Source of the DNA: Octopus vulgaris
Taxonomy: Eukaryota
DNA length: 64,000 bases
Direction of reading: 5' to 3'
NCBI GenBank assembly: GCA_951406725.2
Contig: OX597823.1
Span: 111,352,001-111,416,000, forward strand
A program made the translations under genes and the position numbers. Within the stretch, counting starts at the first letter, position 1; each line of letters starts with the position of its first letter. Shown piece by piece: positions 43,763 through 55,339 of this stretch. Under the pieces are notes generated by a model that was not told the DNA's origin, searched no databases, and worked only from the letters and a program-made list of their open reading frames with translations.

Positions 43763-44427
43763 GTAAAGATTTTCTATTTCTGAGCGTCATATATACATCT
43801 GTTTTTTTGACATATATATATTGTATATATATATATATATACACACAGTGTATATATATATATAAATATATATACATATGTAAGTATATATATATATATA
43901 TATATATACTGGGTTCAATATGTCTTTTCTCTCAGCTCAACGACATTTTTATTCTACTATTTCCTTCTCTTCTAATTATTATATTTCCCTGAAAAAATTT
44001 TTCCCAGGCGTTACTCATTACAATTCGTCTTGGCCCAACAGCCCTTAATGTTTGTCTTCGTTGAATGTTTGCTCTGTTCATCCACTATGTCATTGTTTGT
44101 CTAACTCTCCATGAATTTTAGATTTTAAAAATTTCTGGATGCTGGTGTCTTATGAAGTTCCCTATATTGTCATTAAAACCACGAAATAGGGAGTAATAAA
44201 CAGTCCGACAACTGATGAGGAGTTATCTTCTTTGGGTCTTTTGTCCTGTACTCTTCTCTAATGTGTTCATGTATTTTTCACTCATTGGTGATGTCCTGTA
44301 CTTATCTCTCGTGTGTTTAATGATTTTTTACTCATTGGTGATGTCTTGTACACCATGTGTATTTTTCATTTTATTTATATATATATAAATATGTATATAC
44401 AAGTATATTTATATACATATATATACA

Positions 44428-44463
<36 letters not shown>

Positions 44464-44628
44464 TATCATAAAAATATAATTGCCATCTAAATGTAGCAGT
44501 CCCATAGAGGATGATGCTACTTTTGGTTTTAACCCTAGGTGGACATCTCCTATAGTTGCTTAACAACACACTGTCTGTGTCCAATTAGTATTTGCAAGGT
44601 GGTTGAACACAGTGTACATATATATATA

Positions 44629-44691
<63 letters not shown>

Positions 44692-44709
44692 ATATATATA
44701 TATATATAA

Positions 44710-45293
44710 ATTAAATAACGGTAGAAATTGATATTAATCAATTAAAACTGGTGGTTTAGCATATTTTAAAATATCGATGATTAAAAATTGTTTTACATAC
44801 AAAATTTAGAGGATTGACCACTAAAAGTGGACAGCCTATATGCTAAACATAGACGTCAAATTGCCATTACCACGAAGAATGTGTTCTCAAGAAAAATCTC
44901 TGCAAAAAACCAAAATGTAAAAATAAGCAAGACAAATGAAAATATACGAAATAAAAAACGATTACCTATGTACCAATTGGTTTCACTTTTTAATATTTAC
45001 GTATATGGACACGCAAGCATTTGCAAGATCATCAGCATAGTATGTCATTTACAATACACAATTTCCAGAACTAAATACAGAGCGCTCAACCGAAATCCAG
45101 CATGTATAAATTTCTACAAATTATATTTTAGTGTATCTTTCAAATGTCTTCACTGTGTCTTGCTTATTTTTACATTTTGGTTTTTTGCTGAGATTTTTCT
45201 TGAGAAAACATTCTTCGTGGTAATGGTGATTTGATGTCTATGTTTAGCATATAGGCTATCCACTTTTAATGGTCAGTCCTCTAAATTTTGTAT
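44710..45293 (-). mobile_element. Fold-back (Penelope-like) element with ~145-bp inverted arms
   Basis: 44797-44940 is the reverse complement of 45149-45293 (about 90% identical); flanked by (TA)n. Confidence 0.85.
44966..45040 (-). ncRNA. Type I hammerhead ribozyme motif
   Basis: Minus strand: ctatg-CTGATGA-(long stem II region)-GAAA-ccaattgg-TA-catag; 5-bp stem I, palindromic stem III, GUA site. Confidence 0.65.
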
Positions 45294-46464
45294 ATACATA
45301 TATATGCACTCACATACACATACACACACTCACACAGCAAATATGTATGAGTATGTATGTGTATTAATTGGTGGTTGGATAAGTAAATGGATGTTTGTAT
45401 GTGTGGGTGGATGCCAATTAGCCTCAGTGAAAGTTTCTAATTACCACCCACAATCTATTTGTTCAACGATTTGGCAATAAGTTTTGTTTGAAGTTATCTA
45501 ACAAATTATACCAATATCACACCATTCTCTCTACTATACCATCTCCTCCTCCTCATTCCACCTCATTCCTTCCCACGCCAGACATCTTTTTCAACCCATC
45601 AGCTTCTCTACTTAACTTTGGAATATTCTTACACTAATCTTCTCAATTCCTTCTCACATATTCAGCAAACTGGAAGTTTCATGGTCTCAGACTTCAGCCT
45701 AAAAATATATTTTGATTTCCCTGGCGATGATGATGATGATGATGATGACGACGACGATGACAATGCTAATATCGATGATAATGATGATAATGATGATGAT
45801 GATGATGATAATGACGACGATGATGATTACTCCTGGCAGAGGTTGGTTGAGGCCATTAAGGGCCTGGCACTATCACCATCCTACTTCAGTCACCATATCA
45901 CCACCACCGTCACCACCAACACCACTGCCATCATTATGTCAATGATAACAATGACGATGACTATAATGACAACATCATCAATGATGATTACGATGATGAC
46001 GGTGATGACAGCCACCTGCACCTCCACCTCCATCACCATCACCACCACCACCACCACCACCCTCATCATCCCGCAGCCATCACCTCCACCGCCAGCAGTA
46101 CAAATTTGCCGACCAAAATAGCAGATTGCAATATATTTTAGAGACAAGATTTCTTCAAGTGTCAGGCTTCATAAAGAAGTCTTCCAATAGACAAATGAAT
46201 AGATTCCCTACCTCGTTTCAGAAGTTAAGTAACGAAAATCTCAATTGCTAATGCACTTCTGAAAGTAGCCTGATCAGGTTCGCTTTGAGAACATTGAAAA
46301 TGAAGAGTTTGCTATGCATGGCAGGAAGTTGGGGTGGGAGAATAGTTAGTCGTTAATCAGAGTACCATTATTTACAGAAACATCTTTGTTTTCACATCAA
46401 ATATAGTTTTAGTATGTATCATGTACCACTACGGGATGGTGTTGCTTAAACAATGTTATGTCAT

Positions 46465-46705
46465 GTATATATCAATTTGTTTATTGGCCACAAGGGCTTG
46501 CATAAAATTACATTAAAACACATATAACAACATAAAAGACAAAAACAGGATGATACAATGGGTTTTACAATGTGAAAACAATATATATAATGATTAAAAA
46601 TTAAACAGTTTAAAACTCCTAATAAGGGAAGTGCTTTAAATGACCTCGTGGAAAAATCCACAAAGGCCACGGGTGCCTGAACAATGTATATATTAAGCTC
46701 CCTTT
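46465..46705 (-). mobile_element. 3'UTR fragment of a non-LTR element (L1/Tx1-like)
   Basis: T-rich UTR ending gcaagcccttgtggccaataaacaaat; no ORF; clade assignment is from recall. Confidence 0.5.
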
Positions 46706-46781
46706 ATATACATACATTTGTTTAAATATATACATTGATACTCACATAAATATGTATGTATATATGTATGTGTGTGTGTGT

Positions 46782-46821
<40 letters not shown>

Positions 46822-46826
<5 letters not shown>

Positions 46827-47039
46827 GAAGAGTGTAATTTGACAGGAGGACTTAAACGACATGCAAAGATACATGAAGCCCAGTTACAACTATAGCCGGA
46901 TATTGCTGGTAAAGGTTTTAGCTGCCAATTCTGTACAAGACATTGTAGATCTTTAGCTGGGCTAAAAAGTCACATTCGATCACAGCACCAATAGCAGTTA
47001 AGCTTCGTGCAATGGCCATACTCGATAACGAGGGGGGCA

Positions 47040-47046
<7 letters not shown>
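46822..47046 (+). mobile_element. 3' end of an RTE/BovB-type LINE
   Basis: GGLKRHAKIH...FSCQFCTRHCRSLAGLKSHIRSQH* terminal C2H2 fingers, short UTR, then (TA)n. Confidence 0.75.
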
Positions 47047-47087
<41 letters not shown>

Positions 47088-47204
47088 GTATGTCTGTATG
47101 TATTTATAGTCAACTGAAATAAATAATTCAAATAAAATTAAATGAACATGAGGATATGTGGAAGAAATGCGTTATTTTGATGTTCGGTGTGGTATGTATG
47201 TAAA

Positions 47205-47411
47205 TGAGGGGTACTAAAAAGTGTTTGTTTGGGTAAAAGAAAATAGAGGAGAATCAGTTAAATATGATTTTATTCAATATATTCCCCTCTCAGATCCTTA
47301 TTGCAATGGCTTTTCAGGCTATCTAAGCCCTATAAAAAAACTTGGAAGGTTGGGCCTTCGACCAGGCCTTTCATGATACCCTTAAAGCCAAGAACTTTCC
47401 AGTACCCTTCG
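47205..47411 (-). mobile_element. Mariner-derived MITE
   Basis: Reverse complement of the 6070 family; ends cccttcg then TA. Confidence 0.8.
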
Positions 47412-47699
47412 TATATGTGTGTATATATATGTAAATATATATCTTTATATATATAGTGCTACATGGTGGTTCTTCTCTTATTTATATACACACACACACA
47501 CACGCACACACACATATATATATGGTGTTCAAAATGTATCTATGTAATTAGTATTTAATGGTTTCCAGGTGATTCTTGTACACAGATCTTTTACTTGCTC
47601 CCCAGAAAAAAAGTTTAGTGGTGTTTTATATGTGGTGTTAATATATGGTTATATATTTGGTGGTGCGCCTATATGTATATATATATATATATATATATA

Positions 47700-47926
47700 C
47701 TTTATTTAAAGCAGCAGAAAATTCAACAAAACCTGTTACTCTGAGTTTCCTGTTGCCGTTCATCGGACAGTTTCTAGCAAAAACTGTCCGATGAACGGCA
47801 ACGGGAAACTCAGAGTAACAGGTTTTGTTGAATTTTCTGCTGCTTTAAATAAAGCATATTACTCTATCACTAGTATTTGAGTACTCTTTTTTCAACCTTG
47901 TTTCACATTTATGTGTTTACTCCGGT
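47700..47926 (+). mobile_element. Fold-back family P with 74-bp near-perfect hairpin
   Basis: Arms 47700-47773 / 47781-47854, one mismatch (G-U in RNA), 7-nt loop, then the conserved 72-bp tail. Confidence 0.92.
47784..47821 (+). ncRNA. Minimal type I hammerhead ribozyme motif (variant core)
   Basis: ctgt-CCGATGA-acg GCAA cgg-GAAA-ctc a gag-TA-acag; homologous motif at 61415-61448. Confidence 0.6.
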
Positions 47927-48052
47927 ATATATATATATATATATATATACATATATACATATAGATGGATGCAAAGGGAGCTGGTGCCTGTGGTGGTTCT
48001 TCAGGCCACCTATGCATCCTTTCATTTTTACGTTTGTTTCCTCTTTCACCTC

Positions 48053-48093
<41 letters not shown>

Positions 48094-48618
48094 GTTTCTC
48101 CCTCTCTGCAACTTTTCACCTATAGCTTATTCCCTTCAATAACTGGCTACCAACTGATTATAAAAAACAATATGTTCACTCCAATGCTATTAACAATTCC
48201 AAATATCCTTAATTCTCAGTCTAAGACTGCCTGGAAAGGTTTCAACTATTACAAACCAACTTTTAAAGGATGCCAGCTTTACCATTCTCCTTTTGACATC
48301 TTTTTTTTTTTAATCATTTTTATTTTCTAATATATCTTTGAGTGCCATCGACTTTACTTGAAATAGTAGGAGTTTCCTAGAATTAGAATGCTAACAGAAC
48401 AGCCAACTCTCTTCTCTATTTTAACAATAAGATGTCACATGTGCCTACTTTGAAGAAAATTTGAATTCTCCACTACAAATCAATAGTTAAAATAAATGTC
48501 AAACATACGTCATAGTTGTTGTATGAAACAATGAACTAGCACTAGACTGTTGTATCTGTTTACAGGTAAGTAGACTGTGCCATTCAGGAAAGCCAGTAGA
48601 TCTGAGGACAGAATACCT

Positions 48619-48767
48619 ATATCTTTACTACCCACAAGGGGCTAAACACAGAGAGGACAAACAAGGACAGACAAACGAGACAAACGGATTAAGTCGATTA
48701 TATCGACCCCAATGCATAACTGGTACTTAATGTATTGACCCCGAAAGGATGAAAGGCAAAGTTGACC
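48619..48767 (-). mobile_element. 5'-truncated SINE B, tail 1, with 18-bp TSD
   Basis: TSD tctgaggaca(g/a)aatacct at 48601-48618 and 48768-48785. Confidence 0.9.
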
Positions 48768-49611
48768 TCTGAGGACAAAATACCTTGTGGTATGTTTTGA
48801 CTCTTTGCATTCTCTTTGCTCTTCTGTAGACTTACTCCATCAGCTGGTTCTACTCTTGGGTGGTGCAGAGTTTACTCTGTTATAAATATTCATGTTAGGT
48901 GTCCATTTTTAGAATAACTTCCTTCTTCTCATTCACCAATATCAAAGTGACTCTACTATCCTTGGCTAAATGAAAAAGGTAAAAAAAAAAAAAAGAAAAA
49001 ATGTTGATGAATTATTAATTATTCATGTGGTTAGCTGTTAAACTACTGTGTGTATGACACCTCGTGAAAGTATATACACATAAGCACATATTTATCAAAC
49101 ATTCTATGTAGCAAGACTATACTGCCCACACAATTTAAAGGGGAAATACCAGGTATATTCATAAATTATATCAGTACTTTATAAAACAGGAATGGAAATG
49201 ATATCCAAATTGCCATCATAGGACTAGATTCTGTAAGGTAAATTAGGATAGTAAAATAGAACTTAATTAATGTATTGATTGTAAAAAAAAATGCAAATAT
49301 GCACTGCTCGTTTACCCAGACATGGCAAAATGGATATTAAAATATGCTATGTATATTTGTATTGGGAAAGTAAGAAAAACAGACGAAAATACACATTGTA
49401 AATAAAAAAGTAAAGGCTTTTTATGCAAAGTAACGAAAGGTATATACAATTAGATAAACTGAGGTAGGAATAACAGTAATAAAAGTCATTATTGTGAAAT
49501 TATCAAAGAGATTCAAGCATACCGGTTTTGTAAAATTACTAATCATTGCTTTGAATACAACTATTCATTGCTTTTTGCTTTGTATCTATACAGATTTATA
49601 TTAGTAGACAT

Positions 49612-49735
49612 ATATTTCTTTACTACCCACAAGGGGCTAAACACAGAGGGGACAAACAAGGACAGACAAAGGGATTAAGTCGATTATATCGATCCCAGTG
49701 CGAAACTGGTATTTTATTTATCGACCCCGAAAGGA
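49612..49735 (-). mobile_element. 5'-truncated SINE B, tail 1
   Basis: Tail and half of the core only. Confidence 0.85.
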
Positions 49736-50026
49736 TATGTATGTACATGCATGCTTATATATCTGGCTCCAGTGAAGTACATCATTGTGTAAGAAGCTTT
49801 CAAAGTGATAGCTTCTCACCCATCTGATATCCATATAACATTCATATCACTTGTCTTCCTCCTGGTCCCTTGCTCCTTTATCTCTCCTCTTCACATCAAA
49901 CTTCCCTATCACATGTCTGTTTATTGATCATATTACTGTCACTTAAGTTTTTTTGCTCAAATCTTTATCTTTCTTGGTTTCTACACCTATGACTCTGTTG
50001 CTCATCTCTCAATCCCTGCCTCTTGT

Positions 50027-50097
<71 letters not shown>

Positions 50098-50392
50098 GTG
50101 CCATACTGTCAGCATAACCTAAGGACAACAGTTGTTCTCTCCTGTTCATCACACATTGCACTTTCTCACTCATATTTCTATTCTCTCTCTTCTCATCACC
50201 ATACATTGCATATTGCTCATCTCTCAATAACTCTCTCCTCACCTGAGTTTCCACTGTTCCATGCTTCCATTGTGACTGAAGACGGCAGCAGATCTCTTCT
50301 AGAGTAATTAAAGATGTGACTGTGCGAGTTCTGATTGTTTCCAACACACCATTGTGCCACTCAGTAGTACAGGACCCACTTACATTCTCCTA

Positions 50393-50560
50393 CCTATTTC
50401 TTTACTACCCACAAGGGGCTAAACATAGAGGGGACAAACAAGGACAGACAAACGAATTAAGTCGATTAGATCGACCTCAGTGCGTAACTGGTACTTATTT
50501 AATCGACCCCGAAAGGATAAAAGGCAAAGTTGACCTCGGCAGAATTTGAACTCAGAACGT
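50393..50560 (-). mobile_element. SINE B, tail 1, within a probable decayed RTE-like LINE region (about 49800-50950)
   Basis: The SINE match is clear; the surrounding minus-strand translation only loosely resembles an RTE ORF C-terminus. Confidence 0.8.
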
Positions 50561-51069
50561 ATGAATGCATGCTAATGTTTCTGCCATCTCACCACCACCT
50601 ACATTCTCCTACCACCACTCCCATCACCCTACACATAGCCAATATACAGTTGGTTATACTGGACCCCTCTCACTCAGTTTACTCCACATTTTTTCCTCTA
50701 CTGTTTGTCATCACTTTATGACACCTCAGCTGCCAACATACTCTTGTTCCTTTTCTCCCTTGTATCCTAGGTCTCTCTCAGAGCTCCAAGATCACATAGA
50801 CTTCTGTCATCCTCACTGTCATCCGAGTCATATTGCCATGCCTTGAATATACACACCTATCTTAGAATACTGAGTGTCCCTTCACTCCATCCCTTATAAC
50901 ATGTCCCTCTCATCACTATCATTCATGTATCTACCAGCTACTCTTCTCACTCCATAGAGTGGTTGGTGCTGAGCAGTGGCATGGAATTATGATTCCCTTT
51001 AAGTGAGAGAACCACATGGCTACCTCTCAAGCGGATGTCATGAAGAGGTTGTGACAGGTCTTTAGTTTT

Positions 51070-51335
51070 AATATATAATATAGATGAAATTATTGTATAC
51101 AGTTCTCAGGTGCACCACAACTTGTCAAAAGTGCATATAAAGCATATGCAGTAATGTACAAATGTCTGGAAAGCGAACAGTGTATGAGTCAGATATATGC
51201 TTGCGTGTGTATGGAGGGGAGAAAATCAGGTGTAGTGTTGGCGAATCTCAGGAAGCATGGAAGTTTTGAAGGATGCAGTGCTCCGACAACTAACAACTGA
51301 TGCCGACAGTCTGTTCTATGCTTCAGCAGCTCATG
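51070..51335 (-). mobile_element. 3' end of a CR1-type LINE
   Basis: RAAEA*NRLSASVVSCRSTASFKTSM matches the CR1 terminal motif RV...WN.LP..VV...S...FK; UTR follows. Confidence 0.75.
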
Positions 51336-51590
51336 ATAACTCCTTTGTGTTGGTGGCATGAAAAAGCACCCATTATACTCTGTAACATGGTTGATGTTAA
51401 GAAGTGTATCCAGCAGTAACACCAAGTCAAAAATTAAATGAGAGTAAGAGGTCCTGCATCCAATTAGGTAAGGAGTACTTCTGAATACATGGTGACTCCA
51501 GTCTTGGTGTGACTCATCCAGTCAATACCAACATGGGAAGTGGACATAAAGTAATGATAATGACATACATATATATATATTGTACATATA

Positions 51591-51999
51591 CTCTTTACTC
51601 TTTTACTTGTTTCTGTCATTTGACTGTGGCCATGCTGGAGCACCGCCTTTAATCGAGCAACTCGACCCCGGGACTTATTCTTTGAAAGCCCAGTACTTAT
51701 TCTATCAGTCTCTTTTGCCAAACCGCTAAGTAACGGGGACATAAACACACCAACATCGGTTGTCAAGCAATGCTAGGGGGACAAACACAGACACACAAAC
51801 ACACACACGCATATATACATATATATACAAATATACGACGTGCTTCTTTCAGTTTCCATCTACAAAATCCACTCACAAGGCTTTGGTCGGCCCGAGGCTA
51901 TAGTAGAAGACACTTGTCCAAGGTGCCATGCAGTGGGACTGAACCCGGAACCATGTGGTTGGTAAACAAGCTACTTACCACACAGCCACTCCTGTGCCT
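51591..51999 (-). mobile_element. SINE A, full length
   Basis: Reverse complement of the family A consensus. Confidence 0.92.
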
Positions 52000-52607
52000 A
52001 AACTGTTGCTAATGTAAAAAGAAATGGAATGGTGAAACTACTTTTTCATTTTCTGAAAAGGCAACATTTTGGACTTATGACACTTCTGCATAATAGCAAC
52101 GATTTAAACTAATATCAACAATAGCTTACCATTATTCACTTATCTATTGTTCACAGAAGTACAGTTGAGGTTCACCACTTAGCATTTATGGAATCTATTT
52201 GATTGCTGTATATATATCTTCACTTTGTTGTTGCAGTTCATAAAGTTCAAAGATTGTTTATTCTAATAAATGTGTTGGATGTTAAATGTTGTTTGCTGGA
52301 TGAGGAGATTTTCAAAGACTTCCCGATCTGTTGTCCAGCTCTAGTTCTGGACAACATCCTTCTTTTATCTTTTACTTGTTTCAGTCGTTAGACTGTGGCC
52401 ATGCTGGAGCAAAATTAAGTGACTACTACTTATTTATTTATAAGGCTGGCACTTATTCACTTGGTCTCTTTCTCTAAACCACCGAGTTACAGGGACTAAT
52501 TGTCAAGCGGTGGTGATGGACAAACACAGACACAAAGACACACACACACATACATATGAATGTATGTATGCATGTATGTATGTATGTATGTCTGTATGTA
52601 TGTATGT

Positions 52608-53018
52608 CTTTTCTCATCTTTAATTATTATAAATCTTCTACTGGGAAGGGAGCTGGTTTCCAACAACAATACAAGGCTCTGTCTTTGGGATGTAATTAAC
52701 ACAGACAAATTTACATTTGGAACTTAAGAAAAGTCTTTCAGATTTTTACTGTTCCACTCACAGATTGCACTTGTACAAATAAGGTGGTCGATTTCTCTCT
52801 CTAAAAAATCTCAGTTTATCCAGATTCTCTTTTAAGCATTTACTAACAAAACCTAGAACTCCAATAATTATTGATATGGATATGAATTCATAGTCTGGAT
52901 ATAGAAGCTGGAGGATTCAAAGCAGTTGTCCATAAATATCCAGTTTTCCTTTGATTTTCAAACAGATATTTATATCTGCAGCACAGCTGACCACAGGGAT
53001 TACACATACCTTTGCCCC
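52608..53018 (-). pseudogene. 3' end of an RLE-encoding (R4/Dong-like) non-LTR element flanked by (TATG)n
   Basis: KVCVIPVVSCAADINICLKIKGKLDIYGQLL*ILQLLYPDYEFISISIIIGVLGFVSKCLKENLDKLRF, then GTVKI*KTFLKF; this is the RLE C-terminal pattern. Confidence 0.75.
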
Positions 53019-53085
53019 TATGTATGTATGTATGTATGTATGTATGTATGTATGTATGTATGTATGTATATGTGTGTATATATAT

Positions 53086-53481
53086 CATCAACATCATCAT
53101 CGTTTAACGTCCGTTTTCCATGCTAGCACGGGTTGGACGGTTCGACCGGGGTCTGGGAAGCCAGGGGCTGCACCAGGCTCCAGTCTCATCTGGCAGTGTT
53201 TCTACAGCTGGATGCCCTTCCTAATGTCAACCACTCCGCGAGTGTAGTGGGTGCTTTTTACGTGCCACCTGCACAGGTGCCAGGGGAGTCCCGCATCGGC
53301 CACGATCGGCTGGTGCTTTTAATGTGCCACCAGCATGGAAGCCAGCCAAGGCGGTGCTGGCATCAGCACGTTCGGATGGTGCTTTTTATGTTCCACCGGC
53401 ACAGAAGCCAGTTGAGGCGGCGCTGGCATCGGCCATGTTCGGATGGTGCTTTTTATGTGCCACTGGCACAGAAGCCAGTCG
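53086..53481 (-). mobile_element. SINE family C with four ~60-bp tandem units
   Basis: Family C tail and body plus repeated ggtgctttttatgtgccac..gcacagaagccag..ggcgctggcatcggcca. Confidence 0.85.
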
Positions 53482-53513
53482 AGGGTATATATATATATAT
53501 ATATATACATATA

Positions 53514-53675
53514 CAATGGGCTTCTTTTAGTTTCTAGCTACCAAATCCACTCACAAGACTTTGGTCAGCCTGAGGCTATAGCTGAAGACATTTGGGCTCG
53601 GTGCCATGCAATGGGAGTGAACTCAGAACCAAGTAGTTGGGAAGTAAACTTTTTACCGCACACCCATGCATGTGC
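53514..53675 (-). mobile_element. SINE A 5' half
   Basis: atgggcttctttt...accaaatccactcacaag.ctttggtcagcc.gaggctatag. Confidence 0.75.
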
Positions 53676-53799
53676 CTCTTCACCATAGATTAGCTATTTG
53701 TGTGTGATACATGGCCACTTGTTATTACTGGAATTATAGCAGTGGTTTCCAAAGTTGGCAGTAGTGCTCCTCTGAAGGTGGTAACCTAGGTGCCAAAAT

Positions 53800-54250
53800 G
53801 AGGAGTTGATTATATCGACCCCAGTATTTCACTGGTACTTGATTTATCAACCCCAAAAGGATGAAGGGCAAAGTTGACCTTAGCGGAATTTGAACTCAGA
53901 ACGTAGCAGCAGAAAAATACCATTAAGCATTTTGTCCAGGGCGCTAATGATTCTGCCAGCTTGACACCTTAAAAGCTGCAATATAATGCAAGATTAATTA
54001 AAAACAATAGGAATAAACAAGCATCACATTTTACAGAATAATCTGAATGGTAAAGTGTTAAAGGATCTTGAAAGACACCTGTATCAATTAAATAGACCTC
54101 AGTACATGACTGGTACTTCATTTTATTAACTCTAGAAGAATAATTGGTAACATTGACTTTAGTAGGAATTGAACACTAAACATAAAGGTTTGTAACTAAA
54201 TATTTACAAAGCATTTTCTCCAACACGTTGATAATACTGTAAATCCTCCA
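53800..54250 (-). mobile_element. Two SINE B copies (one diverged, one very old)
   Basis: B core at 53805-53970 and a degenerate one at 54085-54250. Confidence 0.65.
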
Positions 54251-55209
54251 CCCTTAAACTCGAATCAAATATTCACTCCTGTTTTGTTGTTTATAACCAA
54301 TTATTGCATTCTTTCATACTGGCTACAACGCATTCAACAAACTGGTAAAAAAAAAAAAAATAGAATCATAAATTTTGTTGCAAAAAAAATTTGTAAAAAT
54401 AACAATGTACTAAAAGACATAAAAAAAGACAGCAAATAAACCATAATTTCCATCTTCAATTTTCACTCGCATCACGCCCTCTTTGCTACGCCAACAAAAT
54501 TGCCGAACAAAAGACACCTCCTTCCTCCAACGCTGCATCTTAGTGGAGGAAATCATTTTTGTAGCAGCTCAAAAAACTGAAATTTCAGCTCATGTATTTC
54601 ATTTGTTAATGCTGGAAGCGAAAAATTTTTTAAAATCCGCCACTACCCTCCCCTTTACCATCGTCAGCCACCGCTAACATCACAATTCCACCACAATGCC
54701 ATCAGTTCTTCATTCCAACATTGGCTGTCTAGAATATCAACCAATCATGCACAAGAACCACTGATAATCTCATTTGCTAAAAATATATGTTTCTATATTT
54801 CGTTAATGTTATATATGTATATTTTTTTATTATATTTAAATTTATTGAATTATTTTTCTTCAATTTATTTATTGATTTATTTATTCTCCCCTTAACTACC
54901 ACCACCACCACCACCACCACCACAACTACAACCACCACCATTCTATGTTAATGTGTTTCTTATTATTTTATTCTTGAGTTACACACACACACACATACAC
55001 ACGTACGTACACACACATACACACGTACGTACACACACATACACACATATACACACTATTGGCTTTTACTTCATTATCTTCCCTTGTTTGGTTAGAAACA
55101 TACACACGTATGTATGTGAATCTATGCATGTGAGTGTATACATGTATGAATGTTTAAAAATATATGAGTGTGTGTGTATATGTATGTCCCTCTCTCTCTC
55201 TCTTTATAA

Positions 55210-55339
<130 letters not shown>

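Noticed and set aside
45618-46121. 167-aa acidic/Thr-rich ORF
   Set aside because: Built from (GAT)n and (CAC)n repeats, with a non-ATG start.
46212-46258. Minus-strand AG..GT bounded 47-nt exon candidate
   Set aside because: Stops in all three frames and no other support.
52329-52356. 10-bp-stem hairpin tgttgtccag/ctggacaaca
   Set aside because: Too short for a pre-miRNA, single copy, no supporting context.
53248-53481. CRISPR-like spaced repeats
   Set aside because: The spacers are homologous to each other, the context is a eukaryotic SINE, and there are no cas genes.
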